DNA of 33,650 nt from an uncultured Eubacteriales bacterium (GCA_934462885.1 CAKSJC010000002.1:1-33650); one strand, 5' to 3'; positions 18,379 through 26,134 are shown, numbered from the stretch's first letter. Translations and numbers: made by a program. Notes: a model not told the origin generated them from the letters alone.

Positions 18379-18407
18379 AATATAAGCGATATGCGCATAA
18401 TTATCAA
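18379..18407 (-). promoter_or_regulatory. possible sigma-A promoter for trkH-trkA
   Basis: Minus strand reads TTGATA-17 nt-TATATT. This implies a leader of about 200 nt. Confidence 0.35.
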
Positions 18408-18440
18408 AAACAGGGACATACATTAAAAATCGCAGTCCCC
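18405..18440 (-). terminator. rho-independent terminator after the decarboxylase subunit genes
   Basis: Minus strand reads GGGGAC-17 nt loop-GTCCCT followed by GTTTTTG. Confidence 0.55.
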
Positions 18441-18462
18441 GTTTGATTTTATACACAGACAA

Positions 18463-18648
18463 TCATTTTTCGCCGCCATCGGTTGAATCTTTTTTTGAAG
18501 TGATCTTTTCAAGAATCGCCACGATAGCAATAATGACGCCGATCACGATGAGTATGCAGAGCATACCGAGTCCCATGTACTTGAGATTTTCAATAAACAT
18601 ACCGGGATGAAAATCGAATCCCGAGAAAAATTCACTTAATGCGTTCAT
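18463..18648 (-). CDS. small single-TM protein, OadG (decarboxylase gamma)-like
   Basis: A 61-aa protein with one TM helix (GLGMLCILIVIGVIIAIVAIL), a strong RBS (GGGAGG), and a start 19 nt after the beta-subunit stop. Confidence 0.5.
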   Translation of the reverse strand: MNALSEFFSGFDFHPGMFIENLKYMGLGMLCILIVIGVIIAIVAILEKITSKKDSTDGGEK

Positions 18649-18667
18649 TTGTTAAAACCTCCCGTCG

Positions 18668-19795
18668 TTACATAAAGAAACTTAAGATAAGTCCTCCGGC
18701 GATAACGGAAGCTATCTGACCCGATACGTTTACGCCTATCGAGTGCATAAGGAGGAAGTTGTGCGGATCTTCCTTTTGTCCCATTTTGTGGACGATACGT
18801 CCGGACATCGGGAAAGCGGATATACCTGCCGCGCCTATCATGGGGTTTATTTTTTTCCCTTCGGGAAGGAAGAGATTAAGAAGCTTTGCGAAGAGAACTC
18901 CTCCCGCCGTATCGAAGATAAACGCCACGAGTCCGAGGCAAAGAATGAGAATCGTCTCAAATGTGAGGAATTTTTCCGCGTTCATCTGAGAAGCGATGGA
19001 AATACCGAGGAATATCGTGATAAGGTTCGCAAGAGTTTTCTGCGCGGTCTCGGAGAGAGAGTTTAATACTCCGCACTCTCGGATGAGATTACCGAACATC
19101 AGGCAGAACACAAGCGAAACGGAAGCCGGAGCAACGAGACCGGCGACGATAGTAATAATGATCGGAAAGAGAATGCGCGTGATTTTCGATACATTTTTCG
19201 TTTCGTACTTCATTCGGATCAAGCGCTCTTTCTTTGTGGTAAGAAGCTTTATAACCGGCGGCTGAATTATCGGTACAAGCGCCATATACGAGTATGCCGC
19301 AACCATGATCGGCGCGAGATAGTCCGATTTAAGCTTATTTGCAACCACAATAGCAGTCGGACCGTCGGCAGCTCCGATTATGGCGATAGAAGCCGCGTCG
19401 TTCTGCGGGAAGAATATGGAAGCCACGCAAAGAGTGAAGAAAATCCCGAACTGAGCGGCGGCTCCGAATATCATGAGCTTGGGGTTGGTCAGTATCGGCC
19501 CGAAGTCGATCATCGCTCCGATACCTATAAACAAAAGAAGCGGAAAAAGCTCGTTCGATATACCCGCGTCAAAAAGAGTTGTAAGAAGTCCCTCTTCGGC
19601 TTCTCCGTTTGCGAGGATTTGGGTAATTGCACCCGAATGAGGCAGATTTACAACGATTGCGCCGAATCCGATCGGAAGAAGAAGCGTCGGCTCCATGTCC
19701 TTTTTTATCGCAAGATAAATAAGAATTCCGCCGATTATCCACATGATGAGATAGCGAAAGTCAAAATCCAGAATGTTTTCGTAAAGAATTTCCAC
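18668..19795 (-). CDS. sodium ion-translocating decarboxylase beta subunit (OadB/GcdB/MmdB family)
   Basis: EPTLLLPIGFGAIVVNLP and IIGAADGPTAIVV are family hallmarks. I chose GTG 19795, preceded by AAGGGA. The ORF-track start at 19810 is TTG. Confidence 0.8.
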   Translation of the reverse strand: MEILYENILDFDFRYLIMWIIGGILIYLAIKKDMEPTLLLPIGFGAIVVNLPHSGAITQILANGEAEEGLLTTLFDAGISNELFPLLLFIGIGAMIDFGPILTNPKLMIFGAAAQFGIFFTLCVASIFFPQNDAASIAIIGAADGPTAIVVANKLKSDYLAPIMVAAYSYMALVPIIQPPVIKLLTTKKERLIRMKYETKNVSKITRILFPIIITIVAGLVAPASVSLVFCLMFGNLIRECGVLNSLSETAQKTLANLITIFLGISIASQMNAEKFLTFETILILCLGLVAFIFDTAGGVLFAKLLNLFLPEGKKINPMIGAAGISAFPMSGRIVHKMGQKEDPHNFLLMHSIGVNVSGQIASVIAGGLILSFFM

Positions 19796-19830
19796 TATGT
19801 TCCCTTTCAAAAGATTAAAATTTTCAATAT

Positions 19831-19859
19831 ATTTTACATCAATTAACCTAATCTGTCAA
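19831..19859 (-). promoter_or_regulatory. sigma-A-type promoter for the decarboxylase beta/gamma genes
   Basis: Minus strand reads TTGACA-17 nt-TAAAAT. Confidence 0.55.
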
Positions 19860-20015
19860 GAGCAAACAGGCGGGAAGCTCCTCTTTTTCACACATCGTGC
19901 GATAAGCCGCAAAGTATATAAAACCGCTTCTGAGAAAAGACATATACAACCGAAATACGGCGTTCCCCACCCATCTCTCCCAAACAGTGTCGGTTCGGAA
20001 ATTTTTTTGTATCTA

Positions 20016-20044
20016 TTGACATTTGAAGCTCTATGATGCATAAT
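20016..20044 (+). promoter_or_regulatory. sigma-A-type promoter for dapF
   Basis: TTGACA-17 nt-CATAAT. Confidence 0.55.
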
Positions 20045-20100
20045 TATAAACGAAAAGGATTATTTATTAAATGTATTTTTCAAGTGAAAGACGGGGGTTT

Positions 20101-20958
20101 ATGCATAAGATAGAATTTTCAAAGATGCACGGTATAGGGAACGACTACATATACATAAACTGCATGGATAAAATGCCGGATGGCATACCGCAGCTTGCAG
20201 TCGAGATGTCACGCAGACATTTTTCTGTGGGCGCGGACGGTATAGTGTGCATTTGCAAACCAAGCGCGAGAGTTAATGCCGACGCGAAAATGCGTATGTT
20301 CAACGCCGACGGAAGCGAGGGAAAAATGTGCGGAAACGCCATCCGCTGCGTCGGGAAATACCTTTACGACAGAGGAATAGCGAAAAAGGAAGAGCTTTCG
20401 ATAGAAACTCTTTCCGGAATAAAACATCTTCGTCTTACCGTCGAAAACGGAGAATGCACCGCGGCGCGCGTCGATATGGGAAACGCGATCCTATCCCCTG
20501 CCGATATCCCGGTGAAATTCGACGGCGCACGAATGATAAACGAGAGCGTGCGAATTGCGGGCGGCGAATACAAGCTCACCGCGGTATCTATGGGAAACCC
20601 TCATGCAGTTATCTTTACGGATGAGGTAAAATCTCTCAACTTGGAGAAGATCGGACCTCTTTTTGAAAACGATCCCATCTTCCCCGAGCGCGTAAACACT
20701 GAGTTCGTTCGCGTCATTGACCGCGAAAATCTTGAGATGCGCGTATGGGAGCGAGGCTCCGGTGAAACCTACGCCTGCGGCACGGGCGCGTGCGCGTCGG
20801 CGGCTGCGGCAGTATTGAACGGCTGTTCGGATTTTGATTCTCCGATAAAAGTGCATCTTATCGGAGGCGAGCTTACCGTATCTGTGGGGAGCGACCTCCG
20901 CGTAACGATGACCGGTCCCGCCGAGCTTGTCTACGACGGGGTATACTACGCAAAATAA
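20101..20958 (+). CDS. dapF: diaminopimelate epimerase
   Basis: FSKMHGIGNDYIYI, catalytic Cys contexts GNAIRC and ACGTGACA. ATG 20101 follows GGGGG. Confidence 0.9.
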   Translation: MHKIEFSKMHGIGNDYIYINCMDKMPDGIPQLAVEMSRRHFSVGADGIVCICKPSARVNADAKMRMFNADGSEGKMCGNAIRCVGKYLYDRGIAKKEELSIETLSGIKHLRLTVENGECTAARVDMGNAILSPADIPVKFDGARMINESVRIAGGEYKLTAVSMGNPHAVIFTDEVKSLNLEKIGPLFENDPIFPERVNTEFVRVIDRENLEMRVWERGSGETYACGTGACASAAAAVLNGCSDFDSPIKVHLIGGELTVSVGSDLRVTMTGPAELVYDGVYYAK

Positions 20959-21114
20959 AACCGCGGATCTTTTTGACGGAGTTTGCGGCATACCAAAGAT
21001 TCGTGGGTTCAAAATTGCAGGGCGTTCTGAAACTGCGCCAAGGCTTTTTTCGACTTCTGCGCGCCGCTTGCGGAAGCGAGAGACAAATATCACCAATGAA
21101 CACGGGAGACAAAT

Positions 21115-22311
21115 ATGAACATAAAGCTTAACGAAAATTACAAAAATCTCAAAGCGAGCTATCTTTTTTCGGAAATCGGGCGGCGTGTGCGCGAATATTC
21201 CGCGGCTCATCCGGAACAAAAAATAATACGTCTCGGAATCGGCGACGTGACTCTTCCGCTCTCCCCCGTTGTGTGCGAGGCGATGCGCCGTGCGGTCGGC
21301 GAAATGGAGCACAAGGATACTTTCCGCGGCTACGCACCCGAATACGGATACGATTTTCTGAGAGAAGCCGTTTCCCGTCACTACGAAAAAATTGCGGGAG
21401 TAAAAATTCCCTCCGATGAAATATTTATAAGCGACGGCGCAAAATCCGATCTCGGAAATATCGTCGAGCTTTTCGGAGACAACGATATCTTAATCCCCGA
21501 TCCCGTTTATCCCGTGTACGTCGACAGCAATGTTATGTCGGGAAGGAAGATAACCTATATCCCGGCGACTGCGGAGAGCGGATTCCGACCCGCGCCGAAC
21601 GATATTCCGGAAGCCGTCCGCGGAAAACCTGCCGTAATATATATGTGCTCGCCGAACAATCCGACAGGAGCCGTATACACGAGAGAGGAACTTTCCGTAT
21701 GGGTAAATTACGCCCTGAAAACCGGTTCGCTTATAATTTTTGATTCGGCATACGAAGCGTACATCCACGGAGATCTTCCTCATTCCATATATGAGATCGA
21801 CCGCGCAAACGAATGTGCGGTAGAAATATGCAGTCTTTCAAAAACCGCAGGATTTACGGGAACACGCTGCGCATGGACGGTTGTTCCCTCCGCTTTGTCG
21901 GCGTGCGGCATGAGCCTAAACGCCATGTGGATGCGCCGTCAGGCGACAAAATATAACGGAGTTCCGTATATAGTCCAGCGCGGTGCGGAGGCCGCTCTCT
22001 CCGAAGAAGGACTCGCCTCCTGCATGGAAGCTGTCGACTATTACATGGAAAACGCCGAAATAATAAGCTCTCTTCTCACCAAAAAAGGAATATATCACAC
22101 GGGCGGCACCTCTTCTCCGTATATTTGGTTAAAATGCATCGGCGGAATGTCGTCTTGGGAATTTTTCGACTATCTACTGACAAACGCACAGGTCGTCGGA
22201 ACTCCCGGAGAGGGATTCGGCGCAAACGGAGAAGGATATTTCCGACTCACTGCGTTCGGCTCAAGAGAGGATACAGAGGAAGCTGTAAAAAGACTGGAGG
22301 AATTACTGTAA
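21115..22311 (+). CDS. dapL: LL-diaminopimelate aminotransferase
   Basis: LNENYKNLKASYLFSEIGRRV is a DapL-type N-terminus. A PLP-lysine context SLSKTAGFTG is present, and the protein shows a class I aminotransferase layout. Confidence 0.85.
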   Translation: MNIKLNENYKNLKASYLFSEIGRRVREYSAAHPEQKIIRLGIGDVTLPLSPVVCEAMRRAVGEMEHKDTFRGYAPEYGYDFLREAVSRHYEKIAGVKIPSDEIFISDGAKSDLGNIVELFGDNDILIPDPVYPVYVDSNVMSGRKITYIPATAESGFRPAPNDIPEAVRGKPAVIYMCSPNNPTGAVYTREELSVWVNYALKTGSLIIFDSAYEAYIHGDLPHSIYEIDRANECAVEICSLSKTAGFTGTRCAWTVVPSALSACGMSLNAMWMRRQATKYNGVPYIVQRGAEAALSEEGLASCMEAVDYYMENAEIISSLLTKKGIYHTGGTSSPYIWLKCIGGMSSWEFFDYLLTNAQVVGTPGEGFGANGEGYFRLTAFGSREDTEEAVKRLEELL

Positions 22312-23126
22312 TGTACACAAAAAAAGACTTACTTGACGATCTTTATAAAATGGGCGCTCCGCGCGACCGCGTCGTGATCGCGCACTCGTCTCTCCGTGCG
22401 GTCGGAGATGTCGAGGGAGGAGGCGAAACCGTTCTTGAAGCGCTTATCGAATATTTTGCTTCCGAGGAATACGGCGGCGTACTTCTTATTCCGACTCACA
22501 CATGGCGCGGTTCGGAAGACGTTACTCATCCCGCTCTCGATTTAAACTGCCATGAAACCTGCATCGGGGTTCTGCCGAATCTTGCGGCGGCTCATCCGAT
22601 GGCAAAGAGATCTCTTCACCCGACGCATTCGGTAGCCGCTTTCAGCGGCGGTGACGGACGCAAAGCCGAAGAATACATTGCGGGCGAAGTAAACGTTGAT
22701 ACTATGACGGGACCGAACGGCTGCTACGGCAGGCTTATCGAATGCGGGGGAAAGGTATTCCTCATCGGAGTAGATCACTCCGCAGACACATTCCTCCACT
22801 CTGTGGAAGAAATACTTGACGTTCCGAACAGAACTTCCGACTATTACAGGCAGACTTGGATAAAACTAAAATCGGGCGACATTATTGAGCGTCCGGTCAG
22901 GGTGCATTTTGCACGCGGTCTGGACGGACCCTCCAAACACTATCCGAAATTTGAGCCGGCGTTCCGTGCTTTCGGAGCTGTCGAGGACGGACGCTTCGGC
23001 AACGCGAAAACGCAGCTCTGCGATACCGGAAAAATGCTTGAAGCGTTCCGTACCGTCCGCGAGAGAAGCGGAGGCATAGAGCTTTGCGGCGACGCCGTTC
23101 CTCTCAAGGAAGAATGGTACAAATAA
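22311..23126 (+). CDS. AAC(3)-family (Antibiotic_NAT fold) N-acetyltransferase
   Basis: The ATG overlaps the dapL TAA (TAATG), with GGAGG 10 nt upstream. LYKMGAPRDRVVIAHSSLRAVG..GGGETVLEAL..LLIPTHTW matches the AAC(3)/YokD-type N-terminal pattern. Confidence 0.7.
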   Translation: MYTKKDLLDDLYKMGAPRDRVVIAHSSLRAVGDVEGGGETVLEALIEYFASEEYGGVLLIPTHTWRGSEDVTHPALDLNCHETCIGVLPNLAAAHPMAKRSLHPTHSVAAFSGGDGRKAEEYIAGEVNVDTMTGPNGCYGRLIECGGKVFLIGVDHSADTFLHSVEEILDVPNRTSDYYRQTWIKLKSGDIIERPVRVHFARGLDGPSKHYPKFEPAFRAFGAVEDGRFGNAKTQLCDTGKMLEAFRTVRERSGGIELCGDAVPLKEEWYK

Positions 23127-23239
23127 AAATCTGCGGGAAAACCGAAAAAAACTTCCGAAACTCAAAAACAAAATATCGAAAAATTTCTCGAAAATGACGG
23201 AAGAGTAATTTTATTCTGTTTTTAAAAGACGCTTCTCTA

Positions 23240-23268
23240 TTGACAAAACAGACGCAATATTGTACAAT
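23240..23268 (+). promoter_or_regulatory. sigma-A-type promoter for the DUF1292 gene
   Basis: TTGACA-17 nt-TACAAT. Confidence 0.6.
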
Positions 23269-23360
23269 GAAAACGTAAGAAAAAAAGATTTTTTATTCTT
23301 GCGGATATTCGGCATATGAATGAAAATCGAAACATAAAATCAAGGTGAAAGGGAAAAAAT

Positions 23361-23693
23361 ATGGATAAGAACGACGGGCTCTTTGACAAAGATCGCGATA
23401 TAGAAAAAGACGAAGAGTACGATCCCGAAATATACACGCTTACCGATGAAGAAGGAAATGAGTTAAACTTTGCTCTTCTCGGAACGCTTGAGCATGAGGG
23501 AAACGTTTACAAGGCTCTCGTTCCCGTGAACGAAGACGGAGAAGAGGAAAGCAACGAGTACGTTATCCTTAAATGTTCGGTCGACGAAAACGGCGAGGAT
23601 ATTCTCGAAACTATCGAGGACGACGACGAATTCGACAGAATTGCCGACATTTTCGACGATGAGTTTTCCGATATTTTCTATGACGAAGACTGA
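23361..23693 (+). CDS. DUF1292 (UPF0473) family acidic protein
   Basis: LTDEEGNELNFALLGTLEHEGNVYKALVP...YVILK...LETIEDDDEF is the typical DUF1292 pattern. RBS AAGGTGAAAGGG. Confidence 0.8.
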   Translation: MDKNDGLFDKDRDIEKDEEYDPEIYTLTDEEGNELNFALLGTLEHEGNVYKALVPVNEDGEEESNEYVILKCSVDENGEDILETIEDDDEFDRIADIFDDEFSDIFYDED

Positions 23694-23782
23694 TTTTTCG
23701 GTGAATACAAACCTCAGCCCGTATAACTTGAATCGTCTGATATGAAGAATTCCCCTGCTGTGTTCGAAATAGAAACAGGCAT

Positions 23783-23972
23783 AAAAACCCACAAAGAGTA
23801 AAAAGGAGCCCGGGCTTCCGACGTGTGGATGCAGACCTCCCTCCGCCGCCGTGAGACGCATTCCGCGCCGCCGCTGCGGAAAGGACGCTGGGAGCACAAT
23901 CCGCCGGAGAGGGCACCGTCCTTGCATTAGCAGGGTTTCTGTATGCTTGTTTTGAAACGACACGGCGGGGGT
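23783..23972 (-). ncRNA. candidate structured non-coding RNA of unknown family (strand and ends uncertain)
   Basis: A GC-rich island in AT-rich intergenic DNA. A closing helix (23843-23853 / 23961-23971) encloses three hairpins. A minus-strand terminator hairpin GGAAGCCCGGGCTCC with T5 is nested in a CCACA/TGTGG stem with a second T5. No credible ORF is present. Confidence 0.35.
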
Positions 23973-24150
23973 TTTAATATTATTGATAAGAGAATTGCGG
24001 CTTAAGCGGATCTTTGTATGCGCGAAAACGTATCGTCGCCCAATGCTCTGCCGTACAAAAATTGAGGCTTTGCCGTATAATAAGATAAATCGACAGTCGG
24101 CGCGGCGTTTAGACCGCGGCTGCCGCAACACTCAACTGACGGAGGTTTAT

Positions 24151-25041
24151 ATGCTTGACGTTTGTTTGCCCGGTACCGGAGGAACAGTACCGAGACTCGA
24201 CCGTTTTCTTTGCTGCTGTTATATGCGCTACAACGGTGTGGGGCTTCTTATCGACTGCGGAGAGGGAACTCAGCTTGCAGTAAAAAAAGCCGGTTTTTCT
24301 CTCGGAAAAATCGGAGCTATCCTCATAACGCACTTTCATGCCGATCACTGCAGCGGCTTGCCGGGACTCCTTCTTTCAATGGGAAACGAAGGACATCGCG
24401 CGCCTCTTACAATATACGGTCCGAAAGGAATAGACGAGATCGTATCGGCTCTTCTGAAGATAGCGCCGGAGCTTCCGTTTACGGTAAATACGCGGGCGAT
24501 GGGTGACTTTGACACGGCAGACGAATACGAATTTAAGATAACGTCGTTTGAGCTGAAGCACTCGTGTCCGTGTCTCGGATATGACGTGCGCGTTGAGAGA
24601 GTCGGTAAATTCGACAGCAATAAAGCGAAAGCTAACGGTGTTCCTATGGAAATATGGTCTAAGCTGCAAAGAGGGCAGTCGGTGGGCGGCTTCACGCCGG
24701 ACATGGTGCTCGGCTCGGCTCGGCGCGGAATTCACGTGACGTATGCGACCGACACCAGACCGTGCGAGATAATATCGACCATGGCTTACGACGCTGATCT
24801 TCTCATCTGCGAGGGAATGTTTGAATCGGATAAGCTTCGCCGTGCAAAAGAATCGTCGCACATGACTATGGAGGAAGCGGCGCGTCTTGCGCGAGACTCC
24901 GAATGTCATGAAGCGTGGCTGACCCATTTCAGTCCGTCTATGCCGAACCCCGCTCTTTTCGCCGGCGAACCGAAAGCGATCTGCGGCAAGGTTATCCTCG
25001 GCGAGGACGGCATATCGAAAACCGTCAGATTTGCCGATTAG
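24151..25041 (+). CDS. rnz: ribonuclease Z (tRNA 3' endonuclease, short form)
   Basis: LIDCGEGTQ, ITHFHADHCSGLPGLL (HxHxDH), TIYGPKGI, an exosite-like insert, and LTHFS. ATG 24151 follows GACGGAGG. The ORF-track start at 23983 is TTG. Confidence 0.85.
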   Translation: MLDVCLPGTGGTVPRLDRFLCCCYMRYNGVGLLIDCGEGTQLAVKKAGFSLGKIGAILITHFHADHCSGLPGLLLSMGNEGHRAPLTIYGPKGIDEIVSALLKIAPELPFTVNTRAMGDFDTADEYEFKITSFELKHSCPCLGYDVRVERVGKFDSNKAKANGVPMEIWSKLQRGQSVGGFTPDMVLGSARRGIHVTYATDTRPCEIISTMAYDADLLICEGMFESDKLRRAKESSHMTMEEAARLARDSECHEAWLTHFSPSMPNPALFAGEPKAICGKVILGEDGISKTVRFAD

Positions 25042-25149
25042 CAAGTTTTTTCTTCATTTACTTCAGCAAAACGGTATTTCGATTTTATTTCGCTGAAACG
25101 GAATTCCGATTTGCCGCCGCGCAGGTTATATTATTTTCGGAGGTAACAC

Positions 25150-26076
25150 ATGCCTATAAAAATCCCGACCGGACTTCCGGCGAAGGAGTCTCTTCTTTCG
25201 GAAAATATATTTGTAATGGAAAGCGTTCGCGCGCAGACTCAGGACATCCGTCCTCTGCGTCTTGCGGTGCTCAATCTCATGCCGACAAAAATCGCGACCG
25301 AAACTCAGATAATACGCCTTCTTTCAAACACTCCTTTGCAGATAGATCTTACGCTTCTAAAAACCGTGTCGCATACTTCATCAAACACGAGCGCGGAGCA
25401 TATGGAAATGTTTTACCGCACTTTCAAAGATGTGAAAAACGAACGGTTCGACGGCTTGATCATCACGGGCGCGCCGGTCGAAAACCTCGATTTCTGCGAA
25501 GTCGATTACTGGGACGAGCTGTGCGAGATCATGAGCTGGTCAAAAACGAACGTTTACTCGACATTCCACATATGCTGGGCGGCGCAAGCGGCTTTATGGC
25601 ATCACTACGGGATACCGAAATATCCGCTTCCGAAAAAAATGTCCGGAGTTTTCAAACACAAAACTCTTTTGCCGAATCATCCGCTTCTGCGCGGATTTGA
25701 CGAAGAATTTTACGCGCCTCATTCGCGCCACACCGAGGTGCGCCGCGCTGACGTCGATGCTTGCCCGAAGCTCGAAGTTCTCGCCGAATCCGACGAGGCA
25801 GGTCTTTATATCATAGCGTCGAAAAAAAGACGTATGTTTTACGTTACGGGGCACAGCGAATACGACGCGGAAACTCTCTCAAGCGAATATTTCCGTGATC
25901 TTTCGCGCGGTCTTTCGCCAAGCGTTCCGGCGCATTACTTTCCGAGCGACGATCCGTCGCTGAAACCTGCGAATATCTGGAGAGGCCACGCGCATCTACT
26001 GTTCTCAAACTGGCTGAACTATTTCGTATACCAGAATACTCCATACAATCTTGACAAGCTCTCGCCCGTGGAATAA
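25150..26076 (+). CDS. metA: homoserine O-acyltransferase, MetA type (likely O-acetyltransferase)
   Basis: MPIKIP..L..ENIFVM...[27 protein letters not shown] (active-site Cys). RBS CGGAGG. Confidence 0.9.
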   Translation: MPIKIPTGLPAKESLLSENIFVMESVRAQTQDIRPLRLAVLNLMPTKIATETQIIRLLSNTPLQIDLTLLKTVSHTSSNTSAEHMEMFYRTFKDVKNERFDGLIITGAPVENLDFCEVDYWDELCEIMSWSKTNVYSTFHICWAAQAALWHHYGIPKYPLPKKMSGVFKHKTLLPNHPLLRGFDEEFYAPHSRHTEVRRADVDACPKLEVLAESDEAGLYIIASKKRRMFYVTGHSEYDAETLSSEYFRDLSRGLSPSVPAHYFPSDDPSLKPANIWRGHAHLLFSNWLNYFVYQNTPYNLDKLSPVE

Positions 26077-26097
26077 CGCGGGACGGGGAGTGATAAA

Positions 26098-26134
26098 AAG
26101 CGGGGGAACTTTTTTAAAAAAAGTTCCCCCGCGC
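26098..26134. terminator. hairpin terminator between convergent metA and the PAP2 gene (clearest for the minus strand)
   Basis: GCGGGGGAACTTTT / AAAAGTTCCCCCGC is a stem of about 14 bp. A T-run follows on the minus-strand side and only a weak CTCTTTC on the plus side. Confidence 0.75.

Noticed and set aside
18161-18404. A c-di-AMP (ydaO-type) riboswitch expected upstream of trk/ktr genes.
   Set aside because: I could not find the conserved GGGGACCCA, GGGGUGAAUC and CCCGxCAGCUAAC boxes, only vague resemblances (CGGGCGAAUU, CCGGACGGGAUAAAC). I report it only as a structured leader pending cmscan.
21005-21015. T-loop-like strings (GGGTTCAAAAT at 21005 and GTTCGAAAT at 23762) hinting at tRNA or tRNA-like elements.
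   Set aside because: No flanking 5-bp T-stems, acceptor stems or anticodon arms can be drawn. The window contains no tRNA.
20491-21381. Long antisense or out-of-frame ORFs: 20491-21381(-), 23463-24131(-), 24376-25044(-), 24915-25700(+), 13056-13511(+), 9621-10082(-).
   Set aside because: All overlap strongly supported genes on the other strand or in another frame. They lack Shine-Dalgarno sequences and give low-complexity basic translations.
23800-23860. The minus-strand string GGCGGAGGGAGG...CGGAAGCCCGGGCUCC resembles the RNase P RNA P4 region (GGAGGAAAGUCCGGGCUCC).
   Set aside because: GGAAAGUCC is not intact. The sequence is followed immediately by a U-run terminator rather than the RNase P core, and the available length of about 190 nt is far too short.
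23885-23925. Minus-strand CGGUGCCCU...GCUCCCAGC resembles Alu-domain loops of large Firmicute SRP RNA.
   Set aside because: No helix-8 S-domain signature (GGAA tetraloop followed by GGAAGCAGC) occurs on either strand, and the flanks are unstructured AT-rich DNA.
23983-23992. Minus-strand CUCUUAUCAA resembles the 5' start of a SAM-I riboswitch.
   Set aside because: None of the core SAM-I boxes (GAGGGA, GGUGCUAAAUCC, AGAGAUAAG closing strand) follow, and no minus-strand gene lies downstream.
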